DNA of 34,248 bases, taken from NCBI RefSeq assembly GCF_006345805.1, contig NW_021831716.1, positions 1 through 34,248 of the forward strand, read 5' to 3'. The notes under the pieces are model-generated. The model did no database searches. It was not told where the DNA came from and saw only the letters and a program-made list of their open reading frames with translations. The translations under genes were made by a program, and so were the position numbers. This DNA is from Octopus sinensis (Eukaryota). Positions 1 through 10,048 of this stretch are shown piece after piece; position 1 is the stretch's first letter, and the number at the start of each line of letters is the position of its first letter.

Positions 1-795
1 ATGTGCAATGTTTTGTTCTACGCTGTTTGGTGCTCTGGAACCATGTAGTGTTATACTCTTGTATGGTCAATCGTGATATCGTGTGGGTCGGTATGTTGTG
101 ATGTGTATTCTGTTATTGTGGTGTCGGTACGTGTGGCAGTTTGTTCTGTTGTATGGTTTATTGTTACTGCCTTGCAAGGTCGTGTGTACTGCTGTTGTTG
201 TTGTGTGGTCTATTGTGATGCCATGCGGATGTGTTGCGCTGTAATGACGTGTGTGGTGCGTTGTGATGTCACATAGGGTACTGCACTGTTATTCCCTTCT
301 GTGGTGTTGTGATGTCATGTGTTGTTTGGTGTTGTGTTCTTGCTGTCTTCTGCTGCGTTGTGATGCCATGGGTGTTGTTGTTGTCAAGTTTTGTGGTCTT
401 GTGTTGTGAAACAGTTGTGATGTCATGATGCCGTGTCTGCTGTTGTACTCTTGTGGTATCATGTGAGGTGGTATATTGTGGTCTGTGGTATATTGTCAAG
501 AACATGTGGCCTGTTGTACTGTTGAGTTGTAAATATCCTACACTCGTTCAGGGGAGCTGTTAGATGTTGTTTTGTCTTGGGTTGTGGTGTGCTATTTTGT
601 GTTTGGCATTTGGTGTGTTGCAGCGTGTTGCTTTGTAATAAATTGAGGGAGGGGTGCGTTGTGTTCTGAAGTGGGGCATTGTGTGGGGTGTTGTGACCAT
701 GTTGTGATGATGCTGTGTTGTGTTCAAGTGTGTTATAACGTTTAGTGTTGTACGTTGTGAGGCGATGTATGCCTCTGACATGATGTCCTATGTGA
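1..795. repeat. Decayed TG-rich low-complexity tract with ~5-nt periodicity (TGTTG/TGATG/TGTGG-like), truncated by window start
   Basis: Runs such as tgttg-tgatg-tcatg-tgttg-tttgg-tgttg; strong G+T excess on + strand; the ORFs here are V/C or T/H/Q low-complexity artefacts. Confidence 0.7.
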
Positions 796-796
796 A

Positions 797-1062
797 AGTG
801 CATGGCTCAGAGATTAGAGCATCGGGGTTACAATCCTGAAGTTGGGAGTTCGATTCACAGACCAGGCTGTATATTGTGTTCTTGAACAATACACTTTTTT
901 TTCATTCAACTGTAGAAGTGAGTTGGAATGTTACTGGTACCAAACCGTGATGTGGAGAAAGGACTACTGATTTTTCACAAACAAGTTTCCCAGGATTTGT
1001 GCCTCGAAGGGGAACTTTTTAGGTTCAGTTCCGTGGTTATTCGTGACCGAAGCGGTCTCTTA
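797..1062 (+). mobile_element. Old tRNA-derived SINE (family C type)
   Basis: A-box-like tggctcagagattag at 803 and B-box-like gagttcgattc at 846-856, followed by tgtgttcttgaacaatacactt, similar to the copies at 29015, 31052 and 6940 (minus). Confidence 0.7.
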
Positions 1063-1655
1063 CTTTATCTGTAATGGGTATTGTATGTTGCAATTTTTTA
1101 TGGTGTAGTCTCATATCATGCATTGTTGTGAGTTGTGGTGTATGAGCGAACGTATGACCAAAGGTGTTCCAACCACGACCATACCGACTCTGACTCAGTC
1201 ATTGGTTATATAGAGCAACATTCTTCGTTATGCCTTTCCTTTTTCAGGATGAAAGATTGCAAAATGAAGGAAATTTGACTGCTGTGTTTCGCACGTTTTC
1301 CAATGTGGAGGGTTGTAATGTCTTATATTAATATGTCATGCTGTCTTGATTAGTTCGCTTTTTGATAAAATAACTATCGATTACTTATTGATAATTGATG
1401 AGGTTACAGTTCCTTCCCATTCAGGGTGTTGTTATTTGCTGAGTGTTTTCATATTATGCACCGTTTTAAGTATTTATGCCGCCAGACCCAGATATCTCAA
1501 TAACTACTGCTCCAATTTACGTGAAACTTGTTTTATTCCGTTCGTATTCTCATTTCAGGGATACTTCACATTCGAAGTATTTTCTCCTATTATGCACCAC
1601 TTTGGGTGTGTAACATTGCAAGCAAGCGAGCAAGATTGAACGTCATTTTTTAATA

Positions 1656-1656
<1 letters not shown>

Positions 1657-1688
<32 letters not shown>
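1657..1688. repeat. (TA)n microsatellite
   Basis: Direct reading. Confidence 0.95.
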
Positions 1689-1692
<4 letters not shown>

Positions 1693-1699
1693 TTTAAGC

Positions 1700-1945
1700 T
1701 TCTTTCTCGTATACGAGCAACGGCATTGCTAGAAAGAATCATTGAAATGAGTCAATGTCGATGCAACGAAAGGCCCTTGTATGACTCTTGAGCCCGGGGA
1801 AAGTTTTGCGCATTCTATTACATAATGCACAGCTGTGCTGGCTGGCAGAAGAAACAAGTGTCACAGTATGAATTCTTTTGACATACCTTTTAAATCCTCC
1901 AGCTGAGAGGTGCACCTTTCCAAGTGTTGCACATGTTCTGTTGTG
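1700..1945 (-). pseudogene. Decayed 3' end of a LINE ORF (RTE-like) with two degenerate C2H2 zinc fingers
   Basis: Minus strand reads CAT[L]GKVHLSAGGFKR[Y]VKRIH (1933-1868) and CALCNRMRKTFPGLKSHTRA[F] (1831-1769), both with C-x2-C-x12-H spacing. No TGEKP linker. Followed by a ctcgta/tacgag hairpin and (TA)n. Confidence 0.55.
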
Positions 1946-1966
1946 AACAATAGCCATATCACAAAT

Positions 1967-2138
1967 ATGTACATACATACATACATGCATATGTACGTAC
2001 ATACCTACATACATACATACATACATACATACATACATGCATATGTACGTACATACATACATACATACATACATACATACATGCATACATACATACATGC
2101 ATACGTACGTACGTACATTCATACATATATATATATAC
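1967..2138. repeat. (CATA)n microsatellite with recurring gcatatgtacgta variant units
   Basis: Direct reading. Confidence 0.95.
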
Positions 2139-2445
2139 AGAATTTAGAGGAATGACCACTAATAGTGGACAGCCTGTATGCTAGATATAGACGTCAAACT
2201 CGCTATTTACCGCGAAGAATGTGTTCTCAAGAAAAAATTCAGCAAAAACCAAAGTTTAAAAATAAGACAAATGAAAATATACGAAAATAAAAAACGATTA
2301 CCTGCGCACTAATTAGTTTCGCTTGTTAATATTTACGTATATGGATACGTGAACATCTGCAAGATCGTCAGCGCAGTCTGTCGTTTATGAAATACAATTA
2401 AATATATATATATATATATATTTATTTATATATTTATATATATAT

Positions 2446-2647
2446 ATAGTTAATCCAAACATGAAAGCACAAAAAAAACACAACAACGCGAGGACGTGGA
2501 ACAAATATAGTATTATTGGACGCTCAGGAAAGAAGGAGGGTTTAACGTTTCGAGCGGAGCTCTTCGTCGGAAACATAGGAGAAGGAAAGATCCCGAGAAG
2601 GGAAGACAGATGGAGAAAAAATCGCCAACGGTACACACGCGGTCACA
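2446..2647 (-). mobile_element. ~200-bp non-autonomous hammerhead-bearing element (Penelope-like terminus type), copy 1
   Basis: Closely similar copy with the same ends at 30181-30385; abuts a (TA)n tract; contains a minimal hammerhead. Confidence 0.8.
2540..2574 (-). ncRNA. Minimal type I hammerhead ribozyme motif (U4C core variant)
   Basis: GUUU-CCGACGA-A-GAGC(UCC)GCUC-GAAAC-GUU-AAAC: helix I 4 bp, helix II 4 bp, helix III reduced to palindromic ACGU; predicted cut between 2544 and 2543. Confidence 0.7.
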
Positions 2648-2943
2648 ATATATATAAATTAGAGAAAAAACACTATTATGTAATTCATACAATGATAGAC
2701 ATAAACCAAATCATAAAGAAAAAATAAAATATATTATAAAACATATAACTAGATCACAATAAGTGCAAAAAAAATGAATAAACAATATATAATAAGTATA
2801 AATATATTGTTTATTCATTTTTTGTACTTTTTGTGATCTAGTTATATGTTTTATAATACATTTTATTTTTTCTATACGATATATTTTATGTCTGTCATTG
2901 TTTGAATTACATAATAGTGGTTTTTCTCTAATTTATATATATT
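2647..2943. repeat. Long fold-back palindrome, arms ~143 bp (2647-2790 / 2802-2943), 11-nt spacer
   Basis: Arms aligned by eye, roughly 90% identical; AT-rich; TA-rich flanks. Confidence 0.92.
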
Positions 2944-3021
2944 ATATATATATATATATATAATATTGTGAAATTTGATTTAATACTAAATGAATTTTCC
3001 CTGAAGTTTGGAGTTACACTC

Positions 3022-3125
<104 letters not shown>

Positions 3126-3241
3126 CTATATCATATATGTATGTTGTAGTAAGTATCTATGTATAATTGTGTCTTGGGAGGGTCGTTACACTTGTAATAA
3201 CACACATACTGGTTCAATATCACTTCTTTATTGCTCGTCAG

Positions 3242-3469
3242 TTGGTTAAATATCTAACCAAATAACTAATCAATCATTAGTTTAACGTGCTAGTTAAAAA
3301 AATCAATCGTTCGTTAGTCAAAATTCGTTTGTCGCTGTTTACGACCTTCTCAGTGACTTGACGTCACTCTTCAAGATTTGCTTCACTAACAAACAACCGA
3401 TTAATTGTTTACTCGATACGTCACATTAAACAATCGATCGATTTGTTATTTGATTAGATATCTAACCAA
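3242..3469. repeat. Degenerate inverted repeat with a 20-bp palindromic site at each end
   Basis: 3242-3271 vs reverse complement of 3440-3469 match 27/30; looser pairing continues inward to ~3320/3385; consensus TTGGTTAGATATCTAACCAA is self-complementary. Confidence 0.8.
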
Positions 3470-3515
3470 TTGATTAACAGGAAAGGAGTGGTTTTGGACC
3501 AGTGCGTATATACTA

Positions 3516-3781
3516 TATTCTTTTATTTGTTTCAGTAATTTCAGTCGGCCATGCTGGAACGCAACCATGAACGGTTTTGGTCGAACAAATCGACCTCAGC
3601 TCTTATCATTTGTTTAAGCCTTGTACTTATTCTATTGGTCCCTTTCACCGAACATCTAATTTATGGGCACGTAAACACACTAACGCCGGCTGTCAAGCGG
3701 TGTTGGTGGGACAAGCATAGGCAGAAACGAACACACATGTAGATACATAGATACATGCATGCATACATACATACATACATG

Positions 3782-3812
<31 letters not shown>

Positions 3813-3908
3813 GACGGGCTTCTTTCAGTTTCCGTCTAGGAAATCCACTTATAAGTAGAAGACACTCGCCCAAGGTGTCAAGCAGGGGGAATGAATCCGG
3901 AACCATGT
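3516..3908 (-). mobile_element. Family A tRNA-SINE, 5'-truncated, with internal (TATG)n
   Basis: Matches the full copies at 10306, 16148 and 27153 in reverse. Confidence 0.9.
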
Positions 3909-3910
3909 AG

Positions 3911-4008
3911 TCGACCTCGGCGGAATTTGAACTCAGGACGTAAAGACAGACGAAATACCGCTAAGCATTTCGCCCGGCGTGCTAACGTTTCTGCCAGCTC
4001 GCCGCCTT
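3911..4008 (-). mobile_element. Family B SINE head fragment
   Basis: ggcggcgagctggcagaaacgttagcacgccgggcg...gagttcaaattccgccgaggtcga read on minus strand. Confidence 0.9.
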
Positions 4009-4114
4009 AAGTGTGGTATTATTATTGGCATAACGTCACTTCCAAAACACAATAAATTTATTTCAACACTCGAATTCACATCAAGAATAATGCAAATGAA
4101 ATACAAAAACGAAG

Positions 4115-4116
<2 letters not shown>

Positions 4117-4164
<48 letters not shown>

Positions 4165-4180
4165 TGTGTGTGTGTGCGCG
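4117..4180. repeat. (GT)n(GA)n(GT)n compound microsatellite
   Basis: Direct reading. Confidence 0.95.
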
Positions 4181-4268
4181 TGTATCGTCTATCGACGAAA
4201 AGCTGAATATTTATCTCGTGACTCGATTTCTACAATCTTTACGTGTGAACTATTACCTCACATTTTTC

Positions 4269-4534
4269 TGTGTCTGGGGAGTCATTCTCTTTTAGTGACT
4301 TATTACTTAACACAGTCACCGGTTCGATTTCCTCTCATTTACTTCTTTACTTTTCCTAAAATTTTCGTTGAGTCTTGCAACCTTTTCAGTAGTCGTTCCT
4401 AGTCAACGAGTATTGAAAATGTTGCAAGACTCAACGAAAATTTTGGAAAAAAATAAATTAGTAAATGAGTGGAAATCGACCCGGTGTGTGTGTTAAGTAA
4501 TAAGACACTAAAAGAGAATGACTCTCTACAGACA
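4269..4534. repeat. Long fold-back palindrome, arms ~130 bp (4269-4397 / 4405-4534), 7-nt spacer
   Basis: e.g. gagtcattctcttttagtg / cactaaaagagaatgactc and aaattttcgttgagtcttgcaac / gttgcaagactcaacgaaaattt. Confidence 0.93.
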
Positions 4535-5048
4535 TAATAAAATATGCTTCAACACAAGAACTCAAATAAAGAATCTTGCAAACCAAATACAAAACGAAAT
4601 ATTACATCTGTCTGGTGGTATATTTGTATATTTATAGTCGTCGCTGTGACAGCTGGAAAGAGATCGCAGAGAGGATGTCTGTATACTAGTTATACTACAC
4701 TGGCATCAAAAACAGTTAGCAAAGCATGTTATGTGTTACCAAGTCCTAATTACTTGTGACTGGTAGCTGGTTATACATAAGTACAACATTGTGTCACAAC
4801 TTCACGATGCAACCGCAATAATGAGCAAGGGTAATGCATTACTCTACACAACAGAAATGAGGCCCAGACTGGAAAACCTTTGTCGACAATACATATATAC
4901 TCTACAGAATTCAGTACAATAATAAACGACGATTAGCAAAAAAGAAAAAAACAAAAAAAAAAAAAACAATAGTTTTAGCGCAACAGAATATTAAAGTATA
5001 TTATTATTTCTAAGTCTCCCTAAAGGACACTACGGCAGCGGTACTGGA

Positions 5049-5337
5049 TATTAACAGTTATCGCCAAGCTAATATGGCAGTCCATAAATATAAGACGAAT
5101 GCTGCCGTTGATTAACTCCAAGAGGTTATCGCCTCTAGCTATATGACACACAAACCTGTGTCCATAATAACCTTCGAATAGGGGAAGCGGCTGACTTCCC
5201 CTATTCGAAGGTTATTATGGACACAGGTTCGTGTGTCATTTAGCTGGCTAGAGGCGAGGGCCTCTTAGAGCTAATCAACGACTGTTTTGGTCCTATATTT
5301 ATGGAGTGCCATATTAGCTTCGCGATAACTGTTAATA
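5049..5337. repeat. Long fold-back palindrome, arms ~140 bp, perfect 35-bp inner stem (5153-5187 / 5195-5229), 7-nt loop
   Basis: Inner stem exact; outer arms about 84% identical by eye; weak pairing extends to ~5033/5356. Confidence 0.95.
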
Positions 5338-6716
5338 ATACTAAAGTAACTGGCCGAAAAAAGAGTGCACCTGTCGCAAATAAATGTTAGGACTGTACTG
5401 TGGCAAGAGCTGCAACGCCACCTGGTTTGTATTCATTATCCGTTGAGTAGCCTTTAGACTAACTGGATAGGTTGTTTCTTAAATTATATTTCTGTAGCAA
5501 ATTCTTTCAGTTGTACATCAGTCATAGAGCCAGACTATAAAGTGGTCAGGTAACACTCCAAATATCACTGAAATTATGTGGTAACCCAATCAACAAGTCA
5601 GGTAATAATGATGAGAATCTGTAAACCTGACATTTGATGTGGGAATGCTAAGATTTCTATTGAACCAAGTATAGGAGTGTTTAAAAATCCCTGCTTATTG
5701 ATTTTTACTAGGATTATCGTAATCTGTATGAGCGATTCGATTTTGTATATGTGAATCTTGAAGCAAACTAATCTAACTCAGTTTGTCTTGTAAACAGAGC
5801 TATTGTTACTATAAGAAACCATGTAACACAGGGATTGAATAGATTCGTGTTGAGAATTTTCCTTGGTTATAACATAATCTATAAATTCAGAAATGGCAAT
5901 AATGAATTTCAATATACAACCGAAATCATCAACAATTGCCATCATTCAGGTAACCCAAGCACCGTCTCAAACTAGCCAAGGGGATTTGCACCATGGCTTT
6001 GTGAAATTTGGCTCTCGTAAACACGAAGTGCTCGTTCACTATACGATTATCAGCTGGCATAATCACGCGATGGAATACTGAGTCAAGCTGTTAGTCCCAA
6101 GGATATTTAACAAACTTTAAGAGAATGAGTTGCATCTCATAGTCATTCGCTGGCAATTTACTGTCATGCTAAACTTCGTCTTGTCTTGAAACAACGTAAC
6201 GGGGTCAAACAATTGAAAAGAATGTTAAATATCTGTCAAATCAATTCTTCTCAGAGGATCAGATGACCGTTGCATTATCTAGGATTAGGAAGAAAGTTAA
6301 TCTAAAAGAATTGGCCGAGAGAACTGAAAAGGGTATATTTATTGACAATTGCCTTCAACAAAGGTTCTATAGTAATGTGAGATCTACATTTTCAATTCTG
6401 TTTTGAATGGAATAAATATAACTTGTTTCATTTATTATTTCATAAATAATTCTATCCAAGAAGATATTGCATGTACAGAGATACGGTGTATATATTAATA
6501 CAGAATTGGATAAAAGTTTATAGAAATATATAATAGCACAGTGTAGCGTTCTTCATTGCTAGCACAGGAAAACGACTCGAGGTGGAATAAAATTCGGTTC
6601 CCATTTGGTCAAAATCAAAACGGACGGTGTACAGCAAGAAGCCTTCAGTCAGAATTTAGACATTCGTTTCGCGTGTTAGTATTCATACATATCTGTATAT
6701 TTATATCGATCTATCC

Positions 6717-6782
6717 ATGTGTGTGCGTGTGTGTGTGTGTGTGTGTCTGTGTGTTTGTGTGTGTATGTGTGTGTAGGCATAT

Positions 6783-6831
<49 letters not shown>

Positions 6832-6857
6832 ACATATGCGTGTATATATATATATGT
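6717..6857. repeat. (GT)n/(TA)n compound microsatellite
   Basis: Direct reading. Confidence 0.95.
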
Positions 6858-6939
6858 GGGTAGCCAGAACCTGGGCTATATCAGATACCTGCCTGGCTTC
6901 CAAATCCCAATTCCTTTACGTTATTAAGTAGTAAAGTTC

Positions 6940-7162
6940 GTTCCTGAGTCATAAATAATCATAAGGGCTGGTTTCCTGGTTTCCATGGCGTACATGTTCC
7001 CCACCTGGACAGGACACTGGTCTGTCGCAAGATTACTCACTTTTACTAGCGACGTGAAATATAATGTTTTGTTAAAGAACACTATACGTCGCCAAGATCA
7101 AGATTCGAAACCACAATCTTACGATCATAACCCTAACCCTAACCACGAAGTCAATCGCCTCC
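6940..7162 (-). mobile_element. Family C tRNA-SINE, internally deleted
   Basis: Reverse complement gives ggaggcg...tggttagggtta...gatcgtaagattgtggtttcgaatc, matching the 29015 copy; tail gtttcctggtttccatggcg is shared. Confidence 0.8.
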
Positions 7163-7170
7163 TACGTTAT

Positions 7171-7209
7171 ATACATATAATGCATATACATATACGTATA
7201 TGTATTTCT

Positions 7210-7304
<95 letters not shown>

Positions 7305-7515
7305 CATACACACATATATATACATATACATTTAACGCATAGATAGACAGACACACACACACACACACATACTTATATGCATATGTACACGCATTTGTAT
7401 ATGTGGTTGTGTGAGTGTGAGTTTGTGTGTGTGTGTGTATATGTGAGTACATACATAATACCTACCTACATACATACACACACATACTAATATATATATG
7501 CACACGTGCATATAT
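7171..7515. repeat. Compound (CT)/(TA)/(CA)/(GT) microsatellite block
   Basis: Direct reading. Confidence 0.93.
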
Positions 7516-7917
7516 ATTGACTGGTACCCGCCACCGCTGCCACTATCACAAATTACAATTTCTCAGTTTTTAAATGGATGTGTGTCTGTAGAAACACCTC
7601 AGAATGAATATATAGTCTCCACTCACTCACATCCTGAAGGCTATGAAACCCTTGCAGTAACGGACTTAGAGCTTTTCAATTCTCCGCGTTTGATACTATA
7701 AATTCATCTCATATATTTGAATCACTTCAATCGCTTATACTGCACGCCCACTTCGATCTTTGCCCTCGTATCTGTCTGAGGAGTGATGATATAATTAGAG
7801 ACCTAAGGCCAAAATTTTCGAAGACTAAATTTCCTACTGTTTCTCTCTTCTTATTAAATAAATATCCGTTATTTCCAAAATCCATTGCAGGTTTTTTTTT
7901 GCCATCACTTTTTTTTA

Positions 7918-8004
7918 ATATTTTATTTGTTTCAGTCATTAGACTGCGACCATGCTGGGGCACCGTACCGAATGGTTTAGGGGAACAAATTGACTTCAGC
8001 ATTC
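7918..8004 (-). mobile_element. Family A SINE 3' tail fragment
   Basis: ttatttgtttcagtcattagactgcgaccatgctggggcaccg matches the family A tail. Confidence 0.8.
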
Positions 8005-8005
8005 A

Positions 8006-8250
8006 TCTATTATATAAAATCTGTTCTGTGTGTATGTGTGTCTTCTAGGATCTCGGGCATCCTCCATCCGATTGCGCTCAAATTTGATATGTAGATACCG
8101 ACAGTGTCAGGGTGTGTATAAGTCTTGAAAAAATTACAAAAATCGATTCCAGGTGAGAATGCGATCAATAAAACCGTGGGAACGTGCATTTGTACGCGCA
8201 AGTACATCATCTGTTGCGATCGATACTACGCTTATGAGGGGAAAATGCAC
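8006..8250 (+). mobile_element. Probable non-autonomous Helitron-type element, 5' part
   Basis: A|TCTATTATATAAAA start, short GT repeat, then atctc...ccgattgcgctcaaatttgatatgtagat, the layout of Lep1/DINE-like rolling-circle elements; 3' end not established. Confidence 0.55.
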
Positions 8251-8578
8251 GTGCATGTTGCGCAAAAAAATCATCATGCTTTTCCATCTAGATTTACCTC
8301 CAGCTAACCCATTTGCATGCATCGTTTTTGTCCTGCTTTTCTTCTGTCAACCTGTGCATAACTGCACCTTCCATCTTTTGTTGTTTTTGTGCTGCTTAAA
8401 GGCACATATCTTTCCTGCCAAGCTTACTGTTTAAACCATGTTTGTGTTCTCCTAGTCAACAGCCTTATCAATACTGGTACTTTAAACTCTTCGGTTGTAT
8501 ATTTGTGTGAATAAAATCGTTTTTCTTTGGAATAGAAAAAAGTCTATCTTTATTTCTTCTTTTGCTGGTGTCTCAAAT

Positions 8579-8680
8579 CAGTGTTTCTCAAAGGGGAGGC
8601 CTATGGGACGGTCGGACAAGTTGTTTTGTGAAAATTTGATTTAAATGTTTGACAACTCAGCACCGTCCATTGGACGGGGG
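8579..8680 (+). mobile_element. Possible hAT-Charlie terminal fragment
   Basis: cagtgtttctcaa matches the Charlie/MER5-type TIR start; partner TIR not found. Confidence 0.35.
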
Positions 8681-8711
8681 GCATTTTGCTCGTTATTATA
8701 TATTATTAAAG

Positions 8712-9024
8712 TTCTTATTCTATTGGTCATTTTTAGACCGAACCGCTAAGTTGCGGGCACGTAAACAGGCCATCGCCGTTAGTCAGACGGTGGCGAGGAA
8801 CAAACGAAAGCACACACTACACATGTGTGTGTGTTCCTGTATGTATCTATCTATGTATTTATACGACCAGCGTCCACACAGTTTCCATTTACCGAATTCA
8901 TTTTCATTAGCATTGGTCAGTCCGGGACTACAACAGAAAACACGTATCTAAGACGCTACACAGTAGCACTGAACATGGAACCACATGGTTGCAGCGTGAG
9001 GTTCTTCACCGCACAACCGATCCT
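8712..9024 (-). mobile_element. Old, diverged family A SINE
   Basis: gaaccgctaagttgcgggcacgtaaaca, cagtttccatttacc and ggaaccacatggttgc are recognisable against younger copies. Confidence 0.75.
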
Positions 9025-9057
9025 ACATATATCTACGTATCATACTAGATGTATACA

Positions 9058-9293
9058 TACCTATTTCTTTATTACCCACAAGGGGCTAGACACACAGCGG
9101 ACAAACAAGGACAGACATAGGTATTAAGTTGATTACATCGACCCCAGTGCGTAACTGGTACTTAATTTATCGACCCCCGAAAGGATGAAAGGCAAAGTCG
9201 ACCTCGGCGGAATTTGAACTCACAACGTAACGCAGACGAAATACCGCTAATCATTTCGCCCGGCGTGCTAACGTTTCTGCCAGCTCGCCGCCT
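9058..9293 (-). mobile_element. Family B SINE monomer with tail-1 and 12-bp TSD
   Basis: Full head, core and tail; tagatgtataca at 9046-9057 and 9294-9305. The core gcctttcatcctttcggggtcgataaattaagtaccag resembles the Meta/MESC SINE domain (from memory). Confidence 0.93.
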
Positions 9294-9552
9294 TAGATGT
9301 ATACAGCTCTTAGATGTATACATACCGTTAGACGGCATGATGTGGAATTGTCTGATATCAAATCTCTTTGTAGGTTTTATTGTTTTGGGAACACAATATA
9401 TTGGAGCAAAATGAACGTCGTCGCTGCAGTGATTCACGAAAATGACAGACGCATTTCGTTATTCTTGAGGCTTGTCAATATCGTGCATCCAAACAAGCCT
9501 TCTAACTGCTTGTACATATTTAATATGATTACATAGCGATTATAATTTAATG

Positions 9553-9574
9553 CTGTGTGTATATATGTATATCG

Positions 9575-9629
<55 letters not shown>

Positions 9630-9742
9630 TATATACATATATATGTATACACACACACACATACATGTACATATACTCACACACACACGCACGCACACAC
9701 ATATGTATATGTATGTATATATATATACATATATACACACAC

Positions 9743-9793
<51 letters not shown>

Positions 9794-9850
9794 ATATATA
9801 TATACATACATATGTATGTATATATATACAGAAATATATATATATATATG
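9553..9850. repeat. Compound (TA)/(CA)/(TATG) microsatellite
   Basis: Direct reading; source of the I/Y-rich ORFs. Confidence 0.95.
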
Positions 9851-9954
9851 CACAGTTCAAGGAACACTGTCCAGATCTTGAACAATTCGCTCACTTTGTA
9901 GTTTTAACACTATTATTTACAGCTCTTATTTGTAACAAGAGAGCCATGAAAAAA

Positions 9955-10009
9955 ATACACACTCACACGCGCACACACAAACACACACGCACGCGCGCAC
10001 ACACACACA

Positions 10010-10047
<38 letters not shown>
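9955..10047. repeat. (CA)n microsatellite
   Basis: Direct reading. Confidence 0.95.

Positions 10048-10048
<1 letters not shown>

Noticed and set aside
3207-3241. Hammerhead-like CUGACGA-G-CAAUA...UAUUG-AAC-CAGUA on the minus strand
   Set aside because: GAAA is incomplete and no helix I can form; at best a decayed relic
5980-6380. Motif echoes HHGFVK (+), ITIEPLLKAI and FLILDNA (-) suggesting RT or DDE transposase
   Set aside because: Isolated, in conflicting frames and strands, with wrong spacing to any second motif
7128-7144. taaccctaaccctaacc, telomere-like repeat
   Set aside because: Under three units, and it lies inside a SINE head whose normal sequence already contains ccctaacc
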